In this document: positions 1 through 6,429 of the stretch, in pieces | How the letters are laid out: the number at the start of each line of letters is the position of its first letter | Position numbering within the stretch: position 1 is the stretch's first letter | Virus record (IMG/VR): IMGVR_UViG_3300037762_000035 | Location: 1 to 26,497 of that record | Reading direction: 5' to 3' (one strand) | Length of the DNA: 26,497 bases | Source: a virus | Taxonomy: Duplodnaviria; Caudoviricetes | Notes under the pieces: model-generated | The model's input: the letters and a program-made list of their open reading frames with translations, nothing else | Databases searched by the model: none | Told to the model about the DNA's origin: nothing | Made by a program: the position numbers and the translations under genes

Positions 1-63
1 GTGGACTCGAACCACCGCCGTCCGGTTAAAAGCCGGATGCATCTACCCTTCTGCCACGATCCC
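1..63 (-). tRNA. tRNA-Lys(TTT), 3' end cut off by window edge
   Basis: Minus strand GGGATCG...; anticodon arm TCCGG-CTTTTAA-CCGGA; T-loop GTTCGAGTC. Confidence 0.93.
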
Positions 64-70
64 GTTTAAA

Positions 71-156
71 TGGTGCGCTCGACAGGACTCGAACCTGTAC
101 GCCTCGCGGCAGCGGGGTTTGAGTCCGCCGTGTCTGCCTATTCCAACCACGAGCGC
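71..156 (-). tRNA. tRNA-Leu(CAA)
   Basis: Acceptor GCGCTCG/CGAGCGC-ACCA; loop CTCAAAC; long variable arm; GTTCGAGTC. Confidence 0.95.
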
Positions 157-157
157 A

Positions 158-235
158 TGGCAGGGGTGGAGAGATTCGAACTCACAAAGAACCCGCTTCA
201 AAGGCGGGTGCACATTCCCGTCGTGCGTCACCCCA
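158..235 (-). tRNA. tRNA-Gln(TTG), atypical (A8, U1-U72, T-stem mismatch)
   Basis: Anticodon arm CCCGC-CTTTGAA-GCGGG; G73-CCA; GTTCGAATC. Confidence 0.88.
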
Positions 236-240
236 ACAGA

Positions 241-363
241 TTACTTCGACCGCTGGTGACGCGCGAACTTACGCGTCTTGCGGCCACCAGCCTTGGTCCT
301 GCGCTGTCGCGCGGTCCACGGCCAGTCGGGGCGCTGCTTATCGGCTGTGCGTTTGAAGCTCAC
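241..363 (-). CDS. 40-aa basic peptide inside the tRNA array (MSFKRTADKQRPDWPWTARQRRTKAGGRKTRKFARHQRSK)
   Basis: GTG start preceded by SD AAGGAGG; fills the large gap between tRNA-Ser and tRNA-Gln; own candidate promoter upstream. Confidence 0.7.
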   Translation of the reverse strand: MSFKRTADKQRPDWPWTARQRRTKAGGRKTRKFARHQRSK

Positions 364-365
364 AA

Positions 366-401
366 TACCCTCCTTGGGTAGTATCGTACCCACTTTGGGT
401 A
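366..401. repeat. Two TACCC-N5-GGGTA palindromes, 21 bp apart
   Basis: 366-380 TACCCtccttGGGTA and 387-401 TACCCactttGGGTA (second extends to CGTACCCA-ctt-TGGGTACG). Confidence 0.8.
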
Positions 402-411
402 CGTCGTGCAA
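383..411 (-). promoter_or_regulatory. Internal sigma70-type promoter
   Basis: TTGCAC (411-406) -17 bp- TACGAT (388-383) on minus strand, just upstream of the SD of the 40-aa ORF. Confidence 0.6.
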
Positions 412-502
412 TGGCGGAGCGTGCATAGATTCGAACTCGCGTACCCCTTACGGGGCTGCCGGTTTTCAAGACCGGTGGTTTAGTCCACTCACCCAACGCT
501 CC
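412..502 (-). tRNA. tRNA-Ser(TGA)
   Basis: CCGGT-CTTGAAA-ACCGG; long variable arm; GGAGCGT/ACGCTCC-GCCA; bulged T-stem. Confidence 0.93.
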
Positions 503-507
503 AATGC

Positions 508-582
508 TGGTACGCCCGGATGGTTTCGAACCACCGACCCGCGGCTTGTAAGACCGCCGCTCTACCCCTGAGCTACAGGCGC
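508..582 (-). tRNA. tRNA-Val(TAC)
   Basis: GCGGT-CTTACAA-GCCGC; canonical cloverleaf, ACCA end. Confidence 0.96.
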
Positions 583-627
583 AAACTCTTTCTCGAAGTA
601 TTCGCAATTCGCGAATCCCGAATATAC

Positions 628-702
628 TGGCGACGCTGACGGGATTCGAACCCGTACCTTCACCCGTGACAGGGGTGCACTCTACCATTAAGCTACAACG
701 CC
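628..702 (-). tRNA. tRNA-Asp(GTC)
   Basis: CACCC-CTGTCAC-GGGTG; GCCA end. Confidence 0.96.
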
Positions 703-704
703 GT

Positions 705-780
705 TGGTGGCTCGGGCAGGGATCGAACCTGCGACGCGCAGCTTTTCAGGCTGCCGCTCTACCGACTGAGCTACCTCGCC
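705..780 (-). tRNA. tRNA-Phe(GAA)
   Basis: GCAGC-CTGAAAA-GCTGC; tandem G-A/A-G mismatches in acceptor stem. Confidence 0.94.
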
Positions 781-795
781 ATCGTACTACAAATC

Positions 796-871
796 TGGTG
801 TCCCGTGTGGGAATCGAACCCACTACGACGGAGTGAAGGTCCGCCCGCTAGCCACTTGCAGATTACGAGAC
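796..871 (-). tRNA. tRNA-Glu(TTC), atypical (C33, unusual D-arm)
   Basis: GCGGA-CCTTCAC-TCCGT; GTTCGATTC; ACCA end. Confidence 0.88.
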
Positions 872-872
872 T

Positions 873-946
873 TGGCGACCCGCGAGGGAATCGAACCCCC
901 GTATGGAGCTTTGGAGACCCCCGTTCTGCCACTGAACTAACAGGCC
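873..946 (-). tRNA. tRNA-Trp(CCA)
   Basis: GGGGT-CTCCAAA-GCTCC; GCCA end. Confidence 0.94.
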
Positions 947-954
947 GTTTAAAC

Positions 955-1029
955 TGGCTCCGGGGGATGGGATCGAACCACCGACCAACGCATTAACAGT
1001 GCGCCGCTCTGCCGCTGAGCTACTCCGGA
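955..1029 (-). tRNA. tRNA-Asn(GTT)
   Basis: Loop CTGTTAA; U1-A72, G73-CCA. Confidence 0.96.
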
Positions 1030-1034
1030 AATAC

Positions 1035-1121
1035 TGGTGGGCAATCACGGTAACGATCCGCGGCGGGCCGATGGCCGACAGGTTTACAGCCTGCCCCGCG
1101 TCCTTAGCGGTCTAATCACCC
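1035..1121 (-). tRNA. tRNA-Tyr(GTA)
   Basis: GCAGG-CTGTAAA-CCTGT; long variable arm; variant T-loop ATCGTTA. Confidence 0.92.
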
Positions 1122-1130
1122 ATTTAAATC

Positions 1131-1204
1131 TGGACACGCCGACAGGATTCGAACCTGTGTGAGGCGGGTTGCAGCCGCCTGCCTCGCCTCTCGGCCACGT
1201 CGTG
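1131..1204 (-). tRNA. tRNA-Cys(GCA)
   Basis: GGCGG-CTGCAAC-CCGCC; U73 discriminator. Confidence 0.95.
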
Positions 1205-1208
1205 ATAC

Positions 1209-1285
1209 TGGTGCTCCCGGCATGGGATCGAACCTGCGACATCCCGCTTACAAGGCGGGCACTCTGCCAACTGAGCTACGGGAGC
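1209..1285 (-). tRNA. tRNA-Thr(TGT)
   Basis: CCCGC-CTTGTAA-GCGGG; extra A bulged in T-stem. Confidence 0.95.
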
Positions 1286-1291
1286 TATCCT

Positions 1292-1377
1292 TGGTGCCCT
1301 GTGAGGGACTCGAACCCCCACGCCTTGCGGCACTTGGTTCTAAGCCAAGCGTGTCTGCCAATTCCATCCAACAGGGC
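1292..1377 (-). tRNA. tRNA-Leu(TAG)
   Basis: CTTGG-CTTAGAA-CCAAG; long variable arm; A73. Confidence 0.96.
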
Positions 1378-1383
1378 AACGTC

Positions 1384-1458
1384 TGGTTGCTGCGGGTGGG
1401 CTCGAACCACCGGCCTATCGATTATCGGTCGATTGCTCTGCCACTGAGCTACACAGCA
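1384..1458 (-). tRNA. tRNA-Ile(GAT), C33 variant
   Basis: ATCGA-CCGATAA-TCGAT; ACCA end. Confidence 0.93.
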
Positions 1459-1463
1459 AAATC

Positions 1464-1537
1464 TGGAGCGGACTGTGGGACTCGAACCCACTTAGAACAG
1501 CTTGGAAGGCTGTCGCACACCTATGTACCAAGCCCGC
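1464..1537 (-). tRNA. tRNA-Gly(TCC)
   Basis: ACAGC-CTTCCAA-GCTGT; U73; short D-loop. Confidence 0.93.
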
Positions 1538-1543
1538 TCTGTC

Positions 1544-1618
1544 TGGTAGCGGAGGTGGGGATCGAACCCACGGCCTCCGGCTTATGAGGCCGGCGATCTA
1601 CCACTGCTCTACTCCGCA
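1544..1618 (-). tRNA. tRNA-Met(CAT), initiator-like
   Basis: CCGGC-CTCATAA-GCCGG; unpaired 1:72 (U-U), A11-U24, A73. Confidence 0.9.
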
Positions 1619-1625
1619 ATCGTTC

Positions 1626-1701
1626 TGGCGCGCCCGGAAGGAATCGAACCTCCGGCTCCGTGGTTCGTAGCCACGCACTCTGTCCGCTGAGTTACGGGCG
1701 C
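1626..1701 (-). tRNA. tRNA-Arg(ACG)
   Basis: CGTGG-CTACGAA-CCACG; GCCA end. Confidence 0.96.
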
Positions 1702-1708
1702 GATGTTC

Positions 1709-1784
1709 TGGTGGAGAAGGCGGGGATCGAACCCGCGACATCCGCATTGCAAGTGCGGCGCTCTCCCATCTGAGCTACAACCCC
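1709..1784 (-). tRNA. tRNA-Ala(TGC)
   Basis: CCGCA-CTTGCAA-TGCGG; G3-U70 identity pair; two U-U mismatches in acceptor stem. Confidence 0.95.
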
Positions 1785-1785
1785 A

Positions 1786-1897
1786 TTTCGAAGGCGCTGT
1801 GCGGTCGGAGTGCTCGGGCAGGTCGTACCCGGGGACTCACTCGCCGCGGCGGGCACCGAATCCCCGTAGAGCCCGAGGGACCACAGCGCCTACGAAA
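1786..1897 (-). ncRNA. Unassigned ~112-nt rod-shaped structured RNA between tRNA-Pro and tRNA-Ala
   Basis: Nested helices TTTCG/CGAAA, AGGCGCTGT/ACAGCGCCT, GGTC/GACC, CTCGGGC/GCCCGAG, CGGGGATTC/GAGTCCCCG plus apical hairpin; a G-U pair favours the minus strand. Confidence 0.75.
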
Positions 1898-1975
1898 TGG
1901 TCAGGAGGGTGGGATTCGAACCCACGATCTCCCGGTTCCAAGCCGGGTGACTTGACCAGACTAGCCTACCCCCTG
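1898..1975 (-). tRNA. tRNA-Pro(TGG)
   Basis: CCCGG-CTTGGAA-CCGGG; C1-G72, A73. Confidence 0.96.
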
Positions 1976-2019
1976 ATGTAGGGTGGCTTGGGTCGCGGTC
2001 GTTTGCCGGCTTTGCTCAT
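1966..2019 (-). CDS. 17-aa Pro/Arg/Lys-rich micropeptide MSKAGKRPRPKPPYIRG
   Basis: ATG 9 nt after SD GAGGAG (2034-2029); TAG stop lies inside the first 10 nt of tRNA-Pro. Confidence 0.55.
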   Translation of the reverse strand: MSKAGKRPRPKPPYIRG

Positions 2020-2044
2020 GTCTCTGTTCTCCTCTGTTGATTAC

Positions 2045-2118
2045 TGGGGTGGCGCGGGGAATCGAACCCTCGCTTGCACGTTCACAGCGTGCCTTGCTAC
2101 CACTACACTAGCGTCACC
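2045..2118 (-). tRNA. tRNA-His(GTG)
   Basis: GCACG-CTGTGAA-CGTGC; encoded G-1 pairing with C73. Confidence 0.96.
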
Positions 2119-2130
2119 GTCGAACCCTGA

Positions 2131-2159
2131 ATCTTACTCGTCCCATCCGTCCATGTCAA
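2131..2159 (-). promoter_or_regulatory. sigma70-type promoter of the tRNA operon
   Basis: TTGACA (2159-2154) -17 bp- TAAGAT (2136-2131), 12 nt upstream of tRNA-His. Confidence 0.85.
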
Positions 2160-2362
2160 GCATCGCCCACGCCGTCAATGAACTTCTTCAGCCCGTCGGT
2201 CCATCCGTCACTGTCAACAAAAATCCCGTCGCCGCTCATGTGCACCTCCAGCACCCCGCAGATAAAAAGAACCGGCAGGGGCGCAGGGGGAGGGGAGCGG
2301 CGCTGCCGGGCCGCGGACGCAGAGGATGCGCGCGACAGGTCAATTGTCTCACAGATCAGCAT
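2156..2362 (-). CDS. Hypothetical protein (68 aa)
   Basis: Fills gap between Nudix gene and tRNA promoter; overlaps Nudix stop; weak SD. Confidence 0.4.
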   Translation of the reverse strand: MLICETIDLSRASSASAARQRRSPPPAPLPVLFICGVLEVHMSGDGIFVDSDGWTDGLKKFIDGVGDA

Positions 2363-2808
2363 GGCCGATCAAGTGGGTCCTTCCGGAGGAACGTCACCGC
2401 CTTGGGCACGAGGTACTCGATGTTCGGGCTCGTAGCAATGGGGCAGCCGAGGTGCGACAGCCAGTTCGTCGGGACCCACTTCAGCAGTTCCCCGACATCG
2501 TTGGCGTCCGGCATCTCCGTACCGTTGGGGACGTTGACGGCGTACCAGTAGACGTGACACTCCTCGGTTGTGAGGATGTTGAACCGCTGGTGCTCGATGG
2601 AGACCATGTCATCCTTCTGCACTACTATGCCGGCCTCCTCGTGTAGCTCGCGGATCGCCGCTCCGACCGGGGACTCACCGAGGTCGATCTTGCCGCCGAT
2701 CCCGTTCCACTTCCCGTGCAGGATCGCCGGCCCTCGGGTCTTGCGGACCATCGCCACCATGGACTGGTTGCGTTTAAATGCTAGCGTCGCCACGTAGAGT
2801 TGGGTCAT
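2356..2808 (-). CDS. Nudix hydrolase (MutT-like)
   Basis: Complete Nudix box GKIDLGESPVGAAIRELHEEAGI; WNGIGG motif; ATGA overlap sets start at 2808. Confidence 0.9.
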   Translation of the reverse strand: MTQLYVATLAFKRNQSMVAMVRKTRGPAILHGKWNGIGGKIDLGESPVGAAIRELHEEAGIVVQKDDMVSIEHQRFNILTTEECHVYWYAVNVPNGTEMPDANDVGELLKWVPTNWLSHLGCPIATSPNIEYLVPKAVTFLRKDPLDRPC

Positions 2809-2951
2809 CGGCGGATGTCCGCTTTCAGAGCGTCGAGCATGACCTCCAACTCGCACACCAAGTCTTCGAGCCCCTCGCGGGTCTTCGCTGGGCTGCGACT
2901 CGTATCGCTGAAGAATTTGTTAATCGCGTCCTTCACTTCTTTCAGGGTCAT
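2805..2951 (-). CDS. Hypothetical protein (48 aa, MTLKEVKDAINKFFSDTSRS...)
   Basis: SD GGAGGTG; ATGA overlap with Nudix start; below ORF-track cutoff. Confidence 0.7.
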   Translation of the reverse strand: MTLKEVKDAINKFFSDTSRSPAKTREGLEDLVCELEVMLDALKADIRR

Positions 2952-2960
2952 GTCACCTCC

Positions 2961-3149
2961 TTACAGGTAGATGCGTTGCTGTTCGCCGAGATTGTAAAGA
3001 TAGTAGGTCTGATCCCGGGCCCACGGGGGCGGTGGCACCTGAATCACAGGGATGTCACGGTCGTGGTAGAAGCTGTCGAGCACCGCTTGCATTATCACAC
3101 ACTCGGTCCGAGCCCAATAGGCATTAGCGGCTTCGATGATCCTGTTCAT
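2961..3149 (-). CDS. Hypothetical protein (62 aa)
   Basis: SD GGAGG, ATGA overlap with primase-helicase stop. Confidence 0.65.
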   Translation of the reverse strand: MNRIIEAANAYWARTECVIMQAVLDSFYHDRDIPVIQVPPPPWARDQTYYLYNLGEQQRIYL

Positions 3150-6061
3150 GCTGCCACCTCCGGGTCTCGTTCGAGAAGTTTGTCGATGCCATCGAGCGCC
3201 GCGTGCTTGGCGTTCACCTGCCACACGCGAGTCTGCCCGCCCTTGAACTGCGTGCCACGGCCCATCGTGACCTTGAAGTCGCGCGCACCGTGGTCGATCA
3301 GGATGCCCGCTTTCGTAAGCTCGGTCCTGATTTCGTGGGTGTTAAGCTGAGCCTTGCTGCACCAGTTCCGGATCGCGTTCTGGTCGATGTTGATGATCCC
3401 GGTTGTCTGGTTGTACTCGATCAGCAGCTTCCCGTGCGCGGCCGGCGGCTTGATCACGGCGACCATGCCCTTGCCCATCTCCGACACCACCAGCCGGTCG
3501 GCGAGGTGCGCGTTGAGGAACATCGAGAGGGCCTCGACCGACGAGAACTTATTGTCCGCCACGGCTGTGCGCTGGCGCATGATCTGCTCCGTGCACCACT
3601 TCCACATCCGCTGATAGGTCGCGTTCGCATTGGCGAACTTGAGCGCGCCCGAGCCGTCGGCCAGCCACAGGCCATAGAGCACGCAGGCGACGAGCGCGTA
3701 CCAGAATCTCTCCTTCCCCTCGAAGATGACCGACTTGCTGAAGTTCTCCGTCATCTCGCGCAGGCGCGCCTTCGTGTCGGGCTCCTCCAACTGCACCAGA
3801 TACTTGATGTACTTCTCCCCCGCGTGCCCGTAGTTCTGGTCGAGCACGTCGTAGATGCCCGGCATGTCGGCCTCGAACCACTTGTGCTTCGCCACGGTGT
3901 ACTCGAACAGTCGGACAAGCTCGGCCTCGGGGTCCACCTTCGCCTCCAGCAGCCGGCCCGCCATCGAGCGGTTGCCCGAGGTGAGCACGATGGTGCTCCA
4001 CTCCGCGGCCTCGCGCACGGTCGAGTCGCTGCGCAGGCGCGTGCGCCCGACGCCCTGACTGATCTGGTACATAAGTTCGCTCACGTCCTCGGCCTTGATG
4101 TTCGTCGTCTCGTCGAGGTACACCGGCAGATTCGACAGCATGCCGAGGCGCTCGATGCGTGCGTTGAAGGTGTCGGTCTTGCCCGCCTTGAACGGATCGA
4201 AGTTGCCGTAGATCGACGCCATCGCCCGGGCGCTCAGGGTCTTGCCGGCGTTGCTGTCCCCCAGCATCGCGGCGACTGCGCCACCGTGGCCGGTGAGCTT
4301 GAGGAGCGGTGCACCGAACCCGATCAGGATGCTGAACAGGTGGGCCTCCAGCCCCTCGCGGTCGAACAGCTTGATCGCGTCGCTCCATGCCTCGTGCGTC
4401 CCGCGAGTATGGTAGCTGTTCACGATCTTCGTGCTGACCGTGGACGACAGCCCTGCCGGGTGGGTGCCCTTGTTGGTGAACATCTTCGAGCCGAGCAGGA
4501 ACGAGTGATCCGGCAGCCACCCCATCTTCGTGTGAAGCTGCTTGATTTTCATCTTGTCCTGAAGCTCACGTAGGTACGCATCCATATAGGCCACCATGTA
4601 TTTTCCGTTCTCGGGGTTAACGAAGTTGTTCCGCATGGCCCCGAGGAACTCGCGCGGCGCTTCAATCGACGCCAACGCTAGGTTGAAATCGCGCCAGCCT
4701 TCACGCGGCAACCAGTGCCGCACGCCGACGCTCCCTTCCAGCTTCCCCGCGTCGTTAATGATGACGGTGGGATACAAATCGTAGGGGTAGAAACGGACCG
4801 GGACCCCTTGATCAATCTCGATGTAGAGCCCCGGCTGCTCGTCCGATCCCCGCTTGAACGGCCACGGCGGGTTCGGCAGTTCAACCTCGCGCTCCTCCCC
4901 ATCCACGATCTCCTTGACCTTCGGAGCCGGGGCCTCCTCCACGATCATGCCAAGCTGGAGCGGGGTGCTGATCTTACCAGCGAACGGGCAGTTCTTGCAA
5001 CCGTCCGGGTTCGCCGTGTTGAACGTCGAGCAGAGCGTCGGGCCCATGCCGCGAATCTGCGCGAGCTTGGCCTCGGTTGCCGGCTCGGTGTATTCCTTGT
5101 GCTTGGCGCTCCACTCGTGCGCGAGCTTCTCGCCCTCGATGGTGTGGGGCATGATCTGGATCGCGCGGTACCAGTGCGGCTCGCTTATGCCGCCCGTCTC
5201 GCGGAACAGCTTGATCTGGTTGCACCGCTCGGCGACCTTGATGGCTGAGACTTTCTGGAACCCGCCGACCGGGACGATCATGTCCTCGGGGTTAACCTTC
5301 AGCCCCTTGCTCTTGTCGGTGTCCAACTCCTCGACCTTGTTCGCCTTCATCGCCGCGAGGATCGTCGTGTGGAACACGCCGTACTCGACGACCGGGATGG
5401 GCTGGCCTTCGAGCGGCAGCAGGCAGCGCACCGGCATCGCGCCGGCCACGTCGTTCTTGATCTTGCGGTTCGTCGTGCCGACCGGGCGGAGCACGCTCGA
5501 CTCGTCGGCGGTGCGCGTGGAGTCAGCGAGTAGCCCGAGGCCGACTGTAAGCTCCTTCAACTGTAGAGCGGTCGCCCGCCATTGGCCCGGTAGTACGCTT
5601 GTCGTGAGCGGCCAGTACACGTGCACGCCGTAGCCCGACGAGATGATCATCGGGCGGGGCAGGCCGGTCTTCACGAGGAAGTCGTTTAAAGCAACGATGG
5701 CCGTGCGCTGATCCGGGTACTTCGCAGCCTTGCCGGCCTCGGCCGCACCCACGTCGAGGTCCAGCCAGAACGCTTTAACTAGCTTGACGTTCTCCTTGAT
5801 GCGGTGCTGCCGCTTGACCTTGGTCTCGCCGGTCGTGCGGTCCTGCACCGGGCGGTCCACGAACTCTGCTCGGAAGCCCGAGGTGGCGAAGTAGATATTC
5901 TGCGCCGTGTTCGCTTCGAGGTGCGCAATGCGATGCGCAAGCTCCTCGATGGAGGAACAGGAGGTGTGGCTAAAGCCCTTGCCTGATGGGGACGGGACAG
6001 CTACGAAATAAAAGCTGTCGTCCTCCGGCAGCACGGCCTTGAGGAAGTCGAGGAGTTGCAC
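3146..6061 (-). CDS. Primase-helicase (AEP/RepB-type primase + Cys-cluster domain + DUF927-type ATPase/helicase)
   Basis: WLDLD and SSGYGVHVYW primase motifs; C..GCKNC cluster; Walker A GDSNAGKT, Walker B VYLDE; 971 aa. Confidence 0.88.
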   Translation of the reverse strand: MQLLDFLKAVLPEDDSFYFVAVPSPSGKGFSHTSCSSIEELAHRIAHLEANTAQNIYFATSGFRAEFVDRPVQDRTTGETKVKRQHRIKENVKLVKAFWLDLDVGAAEAGKAAKYPDQRTAIVALNDFLVKTGLPRPMIISSGYGVHVYWPLTTSVLPGQWRATALQLKELTVGLGLLADSTRTADESSVLRPVGTTNRKIKNDVAGAMPVRCLLPLEGQPIPVVEYGVFHTTILAAMKANKVEELDTDKSKGLKVNPEDMIVPVGGFQKVSAIKVAERCNQIKLFRETGGISEPHWYRAIQIMPHTIEGEKLAHEWSAKHKEYTEPATEAKLAQIRGMGPTLCSTFNTANPDGCKNCPFAGKISTPLQLGMIVEEAPAPKVKEIVDGEEREVELPNPPWPFKRGSDEQPGLYIEIDQGVPVRFYPYDLYPTVIINDAGKLEGSVGVRHWLPREGWRDFNLALASIEAPREFLGAMRNNFVNPENGKYMVAYMDAYLRELQDKMKIKQLHTKMGWLPDHSFLLGSKMFTNKGTHPAGLSSTVSTKIVNSYHTRGTHEAWSDAIKLFDREGLEAHLFSILIGFGAPLLKLTGHGGAVAAMLGDSNAGKTLSARAMASIYGNFDPFKAGKTDTFNARIERLGMLSNLPVYLDETTNIKAEDVSELMYQISQGVGRTRLRSDSTVREAAEWSTIVLTSGNRSMAGRLLEAKVDPEAELVRLFEYTVAKHKWFEADMPGIYDVLDQNYGHAGEKYIKYLVQLEEPDTKARLREMTENFSKSVIFEGKERFWYALVACVLYGLWLADGSGALKFANANATYQRMWKWCTEQIMRQRTAVADNKFSSVEALSMFLNAHLADRLVVSEMGKGMVAVIKPPAAHGKLLIEYNQTTGIINIDQNAIRNWCSKAQLNTHEIRTELTKAGILIDHGARDFKVTMGRGTQFKGGQTRVWQVNAKHAALDGIDKLLERDPEVAA

Positions 6062-6068
6062 CGGCCCT

Positions 6069-6356
6069 CTACTTGGGGGCCGTGAGGGTGTGCAGGCGCT
6101 TCGCCATGGTGAGCAGGAACTCGGTCCGACGCTCCGGCGACACGGTCGCTGAGAACGGCAGCAGCCCCCTGCTCATGGCGGCGATAATCCCGTCGGTGTA
6201 CTTCTCGGCGCGCTCGGCGAGGGTCACCTGCCCCGGCGCGCGGTCGCACCAGAGGTACAGCGCCTGCCGGCTGACACCGAACAGCTTAGCAAGCTCGGCC
6301 TTCGTGAGCCCACTGTGGGCCATTACATGACTGAATTTTTTGCAATCGAACGCCAT
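6069..6356 (-). CDS. XRE/Cro-like HTH DNA-binding protein
   Basis: GLTKAELAKLFGVSRQALYLW; SD GGGAGG before ATG at 6356. Confidence 0.82.
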   Translation of the reverse strand: MAFDCKKFSHVMAHSGLTKAELAKLFGVSRQALYLWCDRAPGQVTLAERAEKYTDGIIAAMSRGLLPFSATVSPERRTEFLLTMAKRLHTLTAPK

Positions 6357-6366
6357 GATCCCTCCC

Positions 6367-6429
6367 AAGAAAAACCGACGGGTGCCCTCGGTCGTCAACC
6401 GAGGTAAAGGGTGACACAACACCCGTCGG
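6367..6429 (-). terminator. Terminator-like stem with internal hairpin, followed by U-tract
   Basis: CCGACGGGTG (6429-6420) pairs with CACCCGTCGG (6384-6375), then TTTTTCTT; inner hairpin CCTCGGT/ACCGAGG. Confidence 0.65.

Noticed and set aside
583-627. Hairpin ATTCGC-N5-GCGAAT in the Asp-Val spacer
   Set aside because: Only a 6-bp firm stem in a 45-nt spacer; could be a processing signal but too weak to call
412-1377. tRNAs with anticodons TGA and TAG as possible stop suppressors or sign of recoding
   Set aside because: Anticodons TGA and TAG read TCA (Ser) and CTA (Leu). No CTA, TCA or TTA anticodon is present, and TAA, TAG and TGA all end genes normally here
1786-1897. Identification of the structured spacer as SRP 4.5S RNA, Y RNA, a tRNA pseudogene or a terminator
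   Set aside because: No GRAA tetraloop with the SRP internal-loop consensus, no clear Ro-binding bulged helix or T-arm, no cloverleaf and no U-tract; left unassigned
43-1981. ORF-track entries of 60-142 aa overlapping the tRNA array on both strands
   Set aside because: They are chance translations of tRNA genes; only the spacer-confined ORFs with SD sites (241-363, 1966-2019) were kept
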